Shown: piece by piece, positions 5,339 to 15,353 of the stretch
How positions within the stretch are numbered: the first letter of the stretch is position 1
Layout: every line of letters begins with the position of its first letter
IMG/VR virus record: IMGVR_UViG_3300034107_000136
Coordinates: 1 to 64,000 of that record
Direction: 5' to 3' (one strand)
DNA: 64,000 nt
Origin: a virus
Translations under genes and position numbers: made by a program
The notes under the pieces: generated by a model
Told to the model about the DNA's origin: nothing
What the model saw: only the letters and a program-made list of their open reading frames with translations
Database searches by the model: none

Positions 5339-5887
5339 ATGAAGCAATGTACAAAATGTAATGAAATGAAGCAAATAGATCAATTTGCAAAAAATAAAAG
5401 TAATAAGTCAGGTATCCACTCTTGGTGCAAATTATGCATGACAGAAAAAGTATTGGGGTATCGCGGAGGCAGGGTATTCAAGAAATTGACAGAAACAGAA
5501 TCACATAAACAATGTAGGTTATGTGAAAAAATGAAACTATATTCAGAGTTTGCAACCAAGGATAGTCGTACAACAAAAACTGAGACATATTGCAAGCAAT
5601 GTAAAAAGTTTATGGGTACAGAAAAGGTGTTATCAAAATATGGGTTGAATGTTATCTCGTACATGGAAATGTTTAATGCTCAAGATGGCGTATGCGTAAT
5701 ATGCAAAAAACCTGAAAACAATGGAAAAAGACTGTCTGTCGATCATGATCATTTATGTTGTTCGGGAGCATACAGTTGTGGCAAATGCATTAGAGGACTA
5801 CTTTGTAGCAGATGCAATAAAACTCTTGGCATGGTACAAGACAACCCTGATTATCTTAATGCAATGATTGAGTATCTATCTAAATAA
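5339..5887 (+). CDS. Endonuclease VII-family nuclease with N-terminal Cys-rich repeats
   Basis: QDGVCVIC...LSVDHDH...IRGLLCSRCNKTLG motif. Confidence 0.85.
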   Translation: MKQCTKCNEMKQIDQFAKNKSNKSGIHSWCKLCMTEKVLGYRGGRVFKKLTETESHKQCRLCEKMKLYSEFATKDSRTTKTETYCKQCKKFMGTEKVLSKYGLNVISYMEMFNAQDGVCVICKKPENNGKRLSVDHDHLCCSGAYSCGKCIRGLLCSRCNKTLGMVQDNPDYLNAMIEYLSK

Positions 5888-5917
5888 AATATTTTAAACT
5901 TTGCGGTACAATGAACC

Positions 5918-6157
5918 ATGAGTTGCTGTGGAGGAATCAATCCTTGGGGCAAAGAGAGGAAAGCAGTGCGACCAGTAAAACCGTGGGACTTGTTAAAGAA
6001 AGAAAATTGGACCGAAGCAGAAGTGTACGCAAAGCGATTAGAAATTTGCGAGGCATGTGATAATTTCACCAAAACACGACAGTGCTCCTTATGTCATTGC
6101 TTCATGGACGGCAAGACACGACTTGAAAATGCGTATTGTCCTATACGCAAATGGTAA
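5918..6157 (+). CDS. Cys-rich small protein
   Basis: RLEICEAC...CSLCHCFM..KT...CPIRKW; leaderless after TACAAT. Confidence 0.7.
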   Translation: MSCCGGINPWGKERKAVRPVKPWDLLKKENWTEAEVYAKRLEICEACDNFTKTRQCSLCHCFMDGKTRLENAYCPIRKW

Positions 6158-6311
6158 TTATAATGCAGACGCATAGGGGAATGACTGTATTGTAGTGCAG
6201 ACGGCGAACTGAAGTACATTATATGGTTGCGGCATGGTGACATTATGGTGATGTGTTGGTAGGGCTGTGCTATTTTGCGGCTTTAAATGCGTGTAGTGAT
6301 ATAATTTAGTT

Positions 6312-6794
6312 ATGGCGATAGACTTTCCTGCATCACCGACATTGAATGATTTGTTTGGTGCTGACGATAAGTTGTGGCAGTGGGATGGTGTGGCGTGGAA
6401 TGGTATTCCTGGTCAATGGGATGGGGTTACTGGATTAGACACAATAAACATAGCACAGAATCAAGTAACTGGGCTGACGACATCATTATCTGGGCTGACA
6501 ACATCACTATCTGGCAAGGCAAGTACGACACATGCTGCAAGCCATGCAAGTGGTGGGAGTGATGCTATTACTATTTCTGCTTCTCAAGTAACGGGGACGG
6601 CCATTATAAGTGGCGATACTCATTTAATTACTTTTTGTACGTCGTCTACTCGTCCATCACCAGAAACTGATGGGCAGATAATCTATGAAACTGATACTCA
6701 GAAGTATTATGGATGGAATGGAACTATTTGGTCTGCCATTGGTGGTAGTGGTGATGGTGACTATACCCAAGCATTTTTCATGGGTGGAATCTGA
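6312..6794 (+). CDS. Virion appendage adaptor-like protein
   Basis: MAIDFPASP start, WQWDG motif, C-terminus FFMGGI; TGATATAAT 6 nt upstream. Confidence 0.7.
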   Translation: MAIDFPASPTLNDLFGADDKLWQWDGVAWNGIPGQWDGVTGLDTINIAQNQVTGLTTSLSGLTTSLSGKASTTHAASHASGGSDAITISASQVTGTAIISGDTHLITFCTSSTRPSPETDGQIIYETDTQKYYGWNGTIWSAIGGSGDGDYTQAFFMGGI

Positions 6795-6809
6795 TAGAAT
6801 AGGAATACT

Positions 6810-7142
6810 ATGGCTGCCACTTATAAGAATACAAGAATCCAAGGCACAGCATCCACATCTACATACTCTACTCTATATACAGTTCCTGCTGCAAGTTCAG
6901 CCGTAATCTCAACAATAAGCGTTGCAAACACATTGTCTACAGAAGCAACCTATCGTATAGCCATTGTTAATTCTGACGTTACTCCTACCGCGACCGACTG
7001 GCTAGTCTACGACTCAACCGTAGCAGGAAATGATTCAACGTTTATTAGCGTGGGAATTACATTGACTGCCAACCAAATACTTAAAATTTCTTCATCTGCC
7101 AACACCGTTACATTCATGTGCTTTATTTCGGAGATTTTATAA
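6810..7142 (+). CDS. ~110-aa TLYTVP-family structural protein
   Basis: Paralog of 15930, 17527, 24100, 15354. Confidence 0.75.
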   Translation: MAATYKNTRIQGTASTSTYSTLYTVPAASSAVISTISVANTLSTEATYRIAIVNSDVTPTATDWLVYDSTVAGNDSTFISVGITLTANQILKISSSANTVTFMCFISEIL

Positions 7143-7963
7143 TGGGTGTCAGCAGAACCAATAAGCCAACTCAATTCACTGTAAACAGTGTAAAAGGTAT
7201 AGATGCAATTGGTGGAACAGTGACTAATATTGGTGGATATAGAATACACACCTTTACTGGAAATGGTCAACAGTTACAAATAACTGCTGGATCAAGCAAT
7301 ATAGAATACCTTATTGTCGGTGCTGGAGGTGGCGGTGGTGGTGGTGATGGCGCTGGAGGTGGTGGCGGTGGAGAAGTAAAATATGGATTTGTCAACAATG
7401 TCAGCATTGGTTCATACGCCGTAGTCTTAGGATCTGGTGGAGCAACCCCAGCGGGTTCAAATCCTGGAAGTAATGGAACAATATCAACAATGTTTACCTT
7501 AACTTCTATCGGCGGGGGTGGTGGTGGAAAGTCTGCTGCTGGTGCAGGAGCAGCAGGTGCTTGTGGTGGTGGAGGTGGTTATGGTGGTTTAGGAGGCACT
7601 GGAACTGTTCACTATAACGGTGGAAATGGAGGAAGCCCTTATCCAGGTGGAGGTGGTGGTGGTGCAGGAGGTACTGGGTTTGCTGCATCTGGAACCTCTG
7701 CTGGTAATGGTGGGATAGCCTTGTTTAATTCTATATCTGGAGCGTCAGCACCTTATGCCGCTGGCGGTGGGGGTGGGGCCAATGATCCAGAGGGAGCAAC
7801 TCAAGGAATTGGTGGATCTGGAATAGGTGGAAATGGGGAATATGGATCAGTTCCACAAACTGGAGGATTAATAAATACTGGATCTGGTGCTGGGGGCATG
7901 GATAACAGTGCTGTCGGTATTTCAGGTGGTTCAGGTATAGTAATCGTTCGATATATCAAATGA
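7142..7963 (+). CDS. Glycine-rich fibre/adhesin-like protein
   Basis: YRIHTF...GGGGG...GSGIVIVRY; ATG 7142 coupled to the upstream TAA. Confidence 0.75.
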   Translation: MGVSRTNKPTQFTVNSVKGIDAIGGTVTNIGGYRIHTFTGNGQQLQITAGSSNIEYLIVGAGGGGGGGDGAGGGGGGEVKYGFVNNVSIGSYAVVLGSGGATPAGSNPGSNGTISTMFTLTSIGGGGGGKSAAGAGAAGACGGGGGYGGLGGTGTVHYNGGNGGSPYPGGGGGGAGGTGFAASGTSAGNGGIALFNSISGASAPYAAGGGGGANDPEGATQGIGGSGIGGNGEYGSVPQTGGLINTGSGAGGMDNSAVGISGGSGIVIVRYIK

Positions 7964-7974
7964 TATAATTAACT

Positions 7975-8049
7975 ATGCCTACATCAAGACTTGGATTTTT
8001 ATATGATGGTACTCAATGGGTACAAACTGTATCTCAACCTAATAAATAA
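7975..8049 (+). CDS. 24-aa peptide MPTSRLGFLYDGTQWVQTVSQPNK (adaptor N-terminal motif only)
   Basis: Leaderless after TGATATAAT; resembles the N-termini of 19595, 25013, 26404. Confidence 0.45.
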   Translation: MPTSRLGFLYDGTQWVQTVSQPNK

Positions 8050-8067
8050 ACTTGGTATAATATATAT

Positions 8068-8316
8068 ATGGCAGCAAGCAAGCCGTCTTGGAAGTTACGA
8101 CGCAGAGCAGTATTTGGTTCTTTAATTTTTTGCGGATTCATTATTGTGTATGTATCCTTAAGATGGGACGATACTAATCTTGCATCGACATTGGCTCTAG
8201 GAGCATTTGGTTTGATTGGTGCTATAGTAGCATCATATATCGGCGGGGCAGCGTATCAAGATGTACGGTTATTCAAGCAAGAACCTACAAAGGAAGAGGA
8301 ATCAGATGTTTACTAA
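8068..8316 (+). CDS. Two-TM membrane protein (lysis module)
   Basis: Two hydrophobic helices; next to the holin. Confidence 0.65.
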   Translation: MAASKPSWKLRRRAVFGSLIFCGFIIVYVSLRWDDTNLASTLALGAFGLIGAIVASYIGGAAYQDVRLFKQEPTKEEESDVY

Positions 8317-8527
8317 GTTATTCTGGAAAGACGCAACAGAGCGTGCAGTCAAGACATTCGCTCAGTTCTATGTAACACTCGCAGCAACACAAGCATTGAA
8401 TGTATTCAATATGGACTGGACCACACTATTGGGAGTATCTCTCGGCGGTGCATTGCTGTCCTACGCAACATCATTGGTTTCTGCACAGATCGGCGTGAAG
8501 GGTACGCCAAGTTTAGTCAAGGAATAG
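8306..8527 (+). CDS. Holin, r1t-like family
   Basis: MFTKLFWKDATERAVKTFAQ signature; ATG 8306 with GAGG SD. Confidence 0.8.
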   Translation: MFTKLFWKDATERAVKTFAQFYVTLAATQALNVFNMDWTTLLGVSLGGALLSYATSLVSAQIGVKGTPSLVKE

Positions 8528-8579
8528 ATGTTATAATAAACATGCACTAAAAAATAAAATAGTAGGAGAAAAACAGAAT

Positions 8580-9020
8580 ATGAAAAGCATCTGGGGACGG
8601 ATTCCTGTGAAGATCAGGGAACGTCCCTTTGATGCTTTTTCTGCTTTCCTGCTTCTTTTATTAGGGCTGTATCAGTTATTAGATCCGAATTGGCCTGAGG
8701 AAGTAACCCAAAGCATTAACGGTCCATTAATTGTTATCATATCGTTATACTTGATGTTCGCGGGTATAATAATAATTATGGCAATGAGTCTTGACTACAG
8801 AAAATATCCAATATTCTCATTTTTCGGGCAGATGTATGGTTGGGCATTCATGGCAGCAGCCACCATGTGCATAGAACTCATCACCATATACAATGCAATG
8901 CAACTCACAGTGGGTTTCTACCCACTGCTTCTCATTTGGACCACTGCGTGGCTGTTCATCACGCTCGCGGCGGTATCCAGATCATTATCCCTCTGGCTTC
9001 GCTACAGGAGAACCTGCTAA
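8580..9020 (+). CDS. Four-TM membrane protein
   Basis: Hydropathy pattern; AGGAG SD. Confidence 0.7.
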   Translation: MKSIWGRIPVKIRERPFDAFSAFLLLLLGLYQLLDPNWPEEVTQSINGPLIVIISLYLMFAGIIIIMAMSLDYRKYPIFSFFGQMYGWAFMAAATMCIELITIYNAMQLTVGFYPLLLIWTTAWLFITLAAVSRSLSLWLRYRRTC

Positions 9021-9392
9021 ATGGAAACTCCAATACTCGTAGCCATCGTGGCACTGCTCGCCGCCCCCTTGGCATCCTTCTTCACATGGATGCTGAACAA
9101 GCGCCAAGGGCTGGCAAACATATACAACTCACTGAGCGAAACGCAGCAGAACGCGGTAGAGACAATGAGCATGACCATGCAGAGCGTAAGAATAGACTTG
9201 GACAACGCTCATCAGAAAATAGATCAACTGATTTCGGAGAATCAACTCCTACGAGACAGCATAGAGGAACTCAAAGTACAGAATCGTCAACTGCTGTCTG
9301 AGAACGATCAGTTGCGGAAGCAGGTAGTCGAATTGACGAAGACCCTTCAAGAACTCGTTTCCTTTGAGAAGTCCTTACCGCGTGACAATTAG
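9021..9392 (+). CDS. N-terminal TM plus coiled-coil protein (lysis-associated)
   Basis: TM helix followed by heptad repeats. Confidence 0.65.
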   Translation: METPILVAIVALLAAPLASFFTWMLNKRQGLANIYNSLSETQQNAVETMSMTMQSVRIDLDNAHQKIDQLISENQLLRDSIEELKVQNRQLLSENDQLRKQVVELTKTLQELVSFEKSLPRDN

Positions 9393-9636
9393 CGCATATG
9401 ACCTCGCACTTGTTCATTTCGATCATGACAGTTTTCCATGAGTAGTCCGAACGAATGAGATCTGATACGTTACCTTTCTTGTCATCCCTCGTGTGATCGA
9501 ATTGCAATGCCTCTGCATGTGCGGCATAGCCGCAATCAATGCAGCCTGATGCAATTTTGATCATGCCTGCGAGACGCCAATGGCCTCTCCTTTTTCGCGC
9601 TCGCGCAGACAAACCTAAACTAGATTCGAAACTCAT
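9271..9636 (-). CDS. HNH endonuclease
   Basis: CIDCG...LQFDH...CEVICANCHAVRT. Confidence 0.8.
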   Translation of the reverse strand: MSFESSLGLSARARKRRGHWRLAGMIKIASGCIDCGYAAHAEALQFDHTRDDKKGNVSDLIRSDYSWKTVMIEMNKCEVICANCHAVRTSQRKRVLEGSSSIRLPASATDRSQTAVDDSVL

Positions 9637-10315
9637 TCCATGCCTTTGCCGTTAAGGGGTAATGATCTAATACTATTTCGTTGATGACCGTTGCATAGTC
9701 TACAATCTCTGCCTGTGCCCCGTGGCCTAGGCGCAGAGAGCAGAAGTGAAGTAAAGCATTTAATGATGCCGTCCACCGCCAACGAACATACATGGAGTAT
9801 GCAGGGAGTAGCAAACGTGCCTGTTCAGGCGCTACGCCGTCTCGTAGGGCTTCTTGATACATGTCCTCTGACTCCTTGACCAAGCGAGTCATCCATTGAG
9901 TGTACTTTGCACCATAATAAAGGGAGAGGGGATCTCCACTACCTTGTTTTACATCAAGACTTGCAGACCTCCAAGAATTAGGATCAGGAATATAAAACTC
10001 TTCCCTCTCTGTTATATAACGACGAGAGGATTCATTCCATCCTAGTTGATCATCAAGGTGAGTAGAAGATACAGCGTGCTTGTACCACTGCCTAGCAACC
10101 ATAAGAGGAGCGTACACTTCAAACGTCATAACACAGTGACGAAGAGTAGAATCATGCTTGTTCTTTACGAGGAAGTTGATAAGATGAACGTCTCTATTTT
10201 TTATTACTGATACAGACTTATCAAAAGATGTGCGTGCGCTGTTCACTACATCAATATCGCTACCCATATTATTAATGAGCATAATGTAACCATGATCAAG
10301 TACTGGAATTTTCAA
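9620..10315 (-). CDS. thyX: FAD-dependent thymidylate synthase
   Basis: ARTSF, RHCVMTF, ARQWYKH, NESSRRY, EQARLLLP; TTG start 10315 after GAAAGG. Confidence 0.92.
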   Translation of the reverse strand: MKIPVLDHGYIMLINNMGSDIDVVNSARTSFDKSVSVIKNRDVHLINFLVKNKHDSTLRHCVMTFEVYAPLMVARQWYKHAVSSTHLDDQLGWNESSRRYITEREEFYIPDPNSWRSASLDVKQGSGDPLSLYYGAKYTQWMTRLVKESEDMYQEALRDGVAPEQARLLLPAYSMYVRWRWTASLNALLHFCSLRLGHGAQAEIVDYATVINEIVLDHYPLTAKAWNEFRI

Positions 10316-10502
10316 AGGAAACCTTTCGTCTCTAGACCCTGCGGGTCTGTGTAAGGAGAAGAGTAAGAGCAACACCCTTTTCTCTCTTTTCTCTAAAGAC
10401 AAGTATACTGACCTTTTGTTGCAATTATCAAGAACGACGGTAACGTTTTTGTAACGTTTATAACCTGATATAATTATATTAAAATAGAAGGAGTTTGTTT
10501 GA

Positions 10503-10847
10503 ATGATACCCGGTAAATATAATATGATATGTCCACAAGGATCAACGTTTAATCAAGTGCTGACGTACTCTATTAATGATGTCCTTGTTAATCTTACTGG
10601 GTACTCTGCTAGGATGCAAGTAAAAGAAAAGTATTCAAGCACAGTAAAACAACTTGACTTAACAACGTCTAATGGAGGAATTACTCTAGGTGGAGCACTT
10701 GGAACAATAACAATAAATGCAACGGCAACTCAGACTGCTCTTATTGTTCCAAAAGAATACCTATATGATTTAGAATTAGTTTATGGACCAACAGTAAATA
10801 GAATTATAGAAGGAAAGTTTATCGTGACAGCAGAGGTAACTATATAA
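10503..10847 (+). CDS. Virion structural protein (Ig/BppU-like)
   Basis: QGSTF...LTGYSARMQ...YLYDLEL; paralog of 22567. Confidence 0.65.
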   Translation: MIPGKYNMICPQGSTFNQVLTYSINDVLVNLTGYSARMQVKEKYSSTVKQLDLTTSNGGITLGGALGTITINATATQTALIVPKEYLYDLELVYGPTVNRIIEGKFIVTAEVTI

Positions 10848-11320
10848 TGAAATCATTATCAATTAATGAACCTCAAGTTGTCGTTACCGCTTTAGAAGAA
10901 GTTGTACAGATAAACATAAACGATAATTCAATAAACGTATCTACATCAGAGACTGGTCCTCAAGGACCAAGGGGCACACAAGTATTATCAGGAACAACTG
11001 ATCCGTCAGTAATCGTTGGATTGATTGGCGATCAATACTTAAATACAACTAGCGGAATGCTGTTTGGACCAAAGACAGAACTTGGGTGGGGAACTGGAAT
11101 ACTGCTTGGAAATGGATTAATTATTAGTGATGTATCACATACCCATTACCAAACTACTGCATCCAGTGTATGGACAATTACTCATCAACTTTTATTTACC
11201 CCAAACATAATTGTAATAGATATGGATGGAAGGGTATTTGAAGGATCATATCAATACAATGGACAAACAATAACTGCCACATTTTCTGATTCAATAACTG
11301 GGGCGGCGTACTTATCTTGA
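10847..11320 (+). CDS. Structural protein with short collagen-like GPQGPRG
   Basis: Coupled to 10503; resembles 22902. Confidence 0.6.
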   Translation: MKSLSINEPQVVVTALEEVVQININDNSINVSTSETGPQGPRGTQVLSGTTDPSVIVGLIGDQYLNTTSGMLFGPKTELGWGTGILLGNGLIISDVSHTHYQTTASSVWTITHQLLFTPNIIVIDMDGRVFEGSYQYNGQTITATFSDSITGAAYLS

Positions 11321-11335
11321 AAGGGGATGAATTAA

Positions 11336-13039
11336 ATGGCAAAAAGATTTCTTACTGATATCAATCTTGCAGGTAACCAGTTAATAAATGCTGCTTTCGA
11401 AAAACTAACCGCCGATCCAACGACTGGCAATTTCGAGGGAAGACTATATTACAATACTGCAAGCGATATCTTAAAACTATACACTGGCTCAGCATGGACT
11501 GCGGTTGGCGCTATTACAAATGTTCAAGGCACAACAGATGAGGTTGATGTAAGTGTCTCCAACGGAGTTGCTACATTATCTTTACCAACAACCATAAATG
11601 CGAATACTACTGGAAGTGCTGCAAAATTAACAACAACTAGAGCAATTGAACTTAGTGGAGATGTAACTGGAACAGCAAACTTTGATGGTTCAGCCGCAAT
11701 AAATATCTCTACCACAATTGCTGCAAATAGTGTTGCATTGGGTACTGACACAACTGGCAACTATGTTGCAGACCTTACTGCTGGATCTGGAATTTCAGTA
11801 TCTGGTGGAGGTTCAGAAACAGCAAATGTTACTGTAACAAACTCAGATAAAGGTTCTTCTCAAAACATCTTTAAGAACATTGCTATTGACGGTGTAACTA
11901 TTGTTGCTGATAATAATGACGATACTGTCACGTTTGCAGCGGGAACTGGTATTGGGGTTGCAGGAAATGCAACAACAGATACTTTGACAATTAGCAATAC
12001 TGGTGTAACATCTATTGCAGGCACAACAAATCAAATTGCAGCCAGTGGATCAACTGGATCAGTAACGCTATCGTTACCAAGTTCCGTGACTTTTCCTGGA
12101 ACGGTAACGTTAAACGCAGATCCAACTCAAGCACTTCATGCAGCAACCAAGCAATATGTTGATGCGGTAGCAGAAGGATTGCACATTCATGCTTCAGTTG
12201 TAACAGCAACAACAGCAAACATTGCAGACTTTGACAATCCCCCAGCAGCAATTGATGGCGTAACGCTTACCGATCAGATGAGAGTTCTTGTAAAGAATCA
12301 ATCTACTACATCACAAAACGGTATCTATCTTTATGATTTAGCAACAACAGCATTGGTCAGAACATCAGACTTCAATGCTCCCGCAGAAATTCAAGGTGGA
12401 GACTTTGTGTTCTGTACTGGAGGAAACACCTATGACAATACTGGTTGGGTACAAACAGAAAAGGTTAATACCGTAGGAACTGATCCAATTGTTTGGGTAC
12501 AGTTTTCTGGTGCAGGAACATATAGTGCTGGAAATGGACTAACATTAACTGGATCAGCATTTAGTATCAATACCACTATCACAGCAGATGTTAACTCTAA
12601 TCAAACATTAACAAATAAAACGCTAACTAGCCCAGCAATAAACAATCCAGTTGTTTCAGGACTATATCTTTCTGATAACAATATTGTTATTGAGGGTACT
12701 ACGGATTCGTTTGAGACTACCCTTACTTTTACCGATCCAACAGCAGATAGAACAATTACTTTCAAAAACGAAAGTGGAACGGTAGCCTACACATCAGACA
12801 TCACATCAGCATTAACTACTTACACAAGAAAGTATTCTGCTAATGTTGGAAATGCTTCAGCAACCTCTATCTCTGTAACTCATAGTCTTTCAACAAGAGA
12901 TGTTCAGGTTCAAGTATATGACAATGCAACATACGATACGGTAGAGGTTGATGTTGTAAGAACTGATGCAGACACTGTAACTGTTTCATTTGCAACTGCC
13001 CCCGCACTCAATGCCTATAGAGTAGTAGTTGTAGGATAA
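11336..13039 (+). CDS. Long tail-fibre-like protein
   Basis: Thr/Gly-rich repeats, AATKQYVD, VLVKNQ..QNGIY motifs. Confidence 0.75.
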   Translation: MAKRFLTDINLAGNQLINAAFEKLTADPTTGNFEGRLYYNTASDILKLYTGSAWTAVGAITNVQGTTDEVDVSVSNGVATLSLPTTINANTTGSAAKLTTTRAIELSGDVTGTANFDGSAAINISTTIAANSVALGTDTTGNYVADLTAGSGISVSGGGSETANVTVTNSDKGSSQNIFKNIAIDGVTIVADNNDDTVTFAAGTGIGVAGNATTDTLTISNTGVTSIAGTTNQIAASGSTGSVTLSLPSSVTFPGTVTLNADPTQALHAATKQYVDAVAEGLHIHASVVTATTANIADFDNPPAAIDGVTLTDQMRVLVKNQSTTSQNGIYLYDLATTALVRTSDFNAPAEIQGGDFVFCTGGNTYDNTGWVQTEKVNTVGTDPIVWVQFSGAGTYSAGNGLTLTGSAFSINTTITADVNSNQTLTNKTLTSPAINNPVVSGLYLSDNNIVIEGTTDSFETTLTFTDPTADRTITFKNESGTVAYTSDITSALTTYTRKYSANVGNASATSISVTHSLSTRDVQVQVYDNATYDTVEVDVVRTDADTVTVSFATAPALNAYRVVVVG

Positions 13040-13043
13040 TGTT

Positions 13044-13079
13044 TTGGAGGGGGTGGTCCTACTCTGCTACCCCCTCCAA
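13044..13079 (+). terminator. Stem-loop after the fibre gene
   Basis: TTGGAGGGGGTGG / CTACCCCCTCCAA. Confidence 0.6.
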
Positions 13080-13101
13080 TTCAAGGAAGGTATAATAAAA
13101 T

Positions 13102-13437
13102 ATGACCAAAAGATTGCTCAATACTCAAAGAATAGTAAATCTATCGGCTGATCCTGCTACGGGTTCTGCTGGAGAAATCTATTACAACACAGTAATTTCT
13201 GCATTGAAGTATCACAATGGTACAACTTGGGTAGAATTCGGTTCTGGTGGTGGAGGCGTCACGATAAGTGATACAGCACCATCATCACCAGCAGCAGGAG
13301 ATCTTTGGTTTAATAGTTCTAACGCGATTATGTATGTATACTATGATTCATATTGGGTGGAATTTAATGCGGCTGGATCTTCTGCTCCAGTAGCAACAGA
13401 CGTGATACTGTCAAATACATGGTGGCTCGGGGTATAA
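13102..13437 (+). CDS. Appendage adaptor-like protein
   Basis: AP..GDLWF motif; C-terminus WWLGV. Confidence 0.65.
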   Translation: MTKRLLNTQRIVNLSADPATGSAGEIYYNTVISALKYHNGTTWVEFGSGGGGVTISDTAPSSPAAGDLWFNSSNAIMYVYYDSYWVEFNAAGSSAPVATDVILSNTWWLGV

Positions 13438-13444
13438 TTAGAAC

Positions 13445-14179
13445 ATGGGAATCCGTAGACTTGCAATAGCAAATCCTTCTGCCACTACAGATACCACGCT
13501 ATTCACCGCAGACAATCAATATCTAATCTCGGTTATTGCAACAAATAAATCAAGCAATACCTCCGCAACCATTAGAGTTTGGGTAGAGCCATCAGGAGCA
13601 ACGTTAGATTCTCAATTTGCCTATATAGTGTACGACATTCCTGTAGATGCAAGCAACTCCTATGAGACATTCAGGTTTGCTATCAATCAAAATGATGAGG
13701 TGCATGTTTATGCATCAACAGCAACCATATCCTTTCAATCATATGGGCTTGTTCAATATGATGTAAATCTCGGGGTAGGTATAAGTTCATACCAAGCAAA
13801 TGCCCCAGCAATAAAGGTAGATGGATTAATTTGGGTTGATGCTGATGGAACACTGCCAGGAACTACAGCCAAGCCAGCAAAGGTGTGGTCCTCATCTGCC
13901 AATGACTGGATTCCCATGGCAGGAAGTTTTGATTCCTCTGGCAACTATACTTTTTCTGGAACCAATGTGTTTACTGGGTCAGTAACAGTTCCAGGGTATG
14001 AAAAATCAATACCTCTACAATCAACTGCTCCAGCATCTCCATCATCCAGTGATTTATGGGTAGACGACACAACACCAACAGCACCACAACTTAAGGTATA
14101 TAATGGATTATCATGGGTAGCACTAGGAAGCACAGTGAATGATAGTCAAGCCGTCATAGCGCAAAGGATGTTTGCGTAA
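13445..14179 (+). CDS. Appendage protein: ~110-aa domain plus G.LWVD repeats
   Basis: N-terminus paralogous to 18787. Confidence 0.65.
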   Translation: MGIRRLAIANPSATTDTTLFTADNQYLISVIATNKSSNTSATIRVWVEPSGATLDSQFAYIVYDIPVDASNSYETFRFAINQNDEVHVYASTATISFQSYGLVQYDVNLGVGISSYQANAPAIKVDGLIWVDADGTLPGTTAKPAKVWSSSANDWIPMAGSFDSSGNYTFSGTNVFTGSVTVPGYEKSIPLQSTAPASPSSSDLWVDDTTPTAPQLKVYNGLSWVALGSTVNDSQAVIAQRMFA

Positions 14180-15006
14180 TGAGCGGCATTCAAAGATTCT
14201 TTGTAAGCAAAAGAATTGCAGATCCAGGACAAAGATTATTAACTTCGATACTTTCATCATCAACGGGTGGATCTTATGCAGATGTGGGGGGGTATAGAAT
14301 CTATACATTTTCTACTGTTGGAACATCATCATTCAATGTTTCATATGTACCAGATATGCTTAGTAAAGGAGTTCTTGAGTACCTCATTGTTGCAGGCGGC
14401 GGCGGTGCAGGCTGGGATGTCGGTGGAGGTGGAGGTGCTGGAGGTCTTATCTATAACTCATCCGCACCAGCATCTATTCAAAATTATTCAGTTGTTGTTG
14501 GCTCTGGAGGTGCATCAAGCACCGGGCTTAACGTAAAAGGATCAAATGGATCAAATTCTTCTTTTAACCTACAAATTGCTGTAGGTGGTGGAGGTGGGGG
14601 ATCTTATAACGCATCTGGACCGGGCCTTTCAGGAGGGTCTGGTGGTGGAGGAGGAAATTCTTCTTCTAATGGGGGGCTTGGAACGATTGGTCAAGGAAAT
14701 AATGGTGGTGAGTCTTCAGGTCAATGGGGTAGCGGGGGAGGTGGAGGTGCTGGAGGAGTGGGATCTAATGGGGTAGCCAACGTTCAAGTAGCAGGAGGGT
14801 TGTCAGCGTCATCTTCAATTTCTGGATCACCTATTTCCTATTCTGGTGGTGGATATGGTAACTCAGACGCTGGTGCTATAAACGCTACAGGATATAGCAT
14901 TGCAAACTCCTATATAGGAAATTATGGATTTGGAGCAAATGGTACTGGAATTGGTGCTGGTTTTCTTGGAAATCAAGGTGTAGTAATAGTAAGATATCTA
15001 CTTTAA
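14179..15006 (+). CDS. Glycine-rich fibre/adhesin-like protein
   Basis: YRIYTF...GGGGAGG...GVVIVRY. Confidence 0.75.
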   Translation: MSGIQRFFVSKRIADPGQRLLTSILSSSTGGSYADVGGYRIYTFSTVGTSSFNVSYVPDMLSKGVLEYLIVAGGGGAGWDVGGGGGAGGLIYNSSAPASIQNYSVVVGSGGASSTGLNVKGSNGSNSSFNLQIAVGGGGGGSYNASGPGLSGGSGGGGGNSSSNGGLGTIGQGNNGGESSGQWGSGGGGGAGGVGSNGVANVQVAGGLSASSSISGSPISYSGGGYGNSDAGAINATGYSIANSYIGNYGFGANGTGIGAGFLGNQGVVIVRYLL

Positions 15007-15014
15007 GGAAAATA

Positions 15015-15341
15015 ATGCCTAGATTTAAAACAACAGAAATGATACTTAAAGGTACTGAAGAGTACTTTGATGAAAATTGGATGGATACGCCATTCTTACA
15101 ACTACCCGATTCCGATGCATGGGATTATTCGCGGGAACTGAATATAGAGGACGTTGATCTCTGGGAAGTTATATCAGAAGCATCTGGCCCTACTGGACTA
15201 TATGCAGCATGGTTACCATATGCAGAATTCTATATGATTCTTGTTCGCCGACAAATTGATTCAACATATTATGGCAAGGGTGCAGATGAGCCTGCGGGTA
15301 AACGTTGTGATGAACTTGGTATTCATTACCCCAAGAAATGA
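15015..15341 (+). CDS. Hypothetical acidic protein
   Basis: AAGGA SD; not paralogous to its neighbours. Confidence 0.65.
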   Translation: MPRFKTTEMILKGTEEYFDENWMDTPFLQLPDSDAWDYSRELNIEDVDLWEVISEASGPTGLYAAWLPYAEFYMILVRRQIDSTYYGKGADEPAGKRCDELGIHYPKK

Positions 15342-15353
15342 TATAATCTATAT

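Noticed and set aside
10316-10402. N-terminal extension of thyX in the track
   Set aside because: A GAAAGG SD precedes TTG at 10315; the upstream part looks intergenic.
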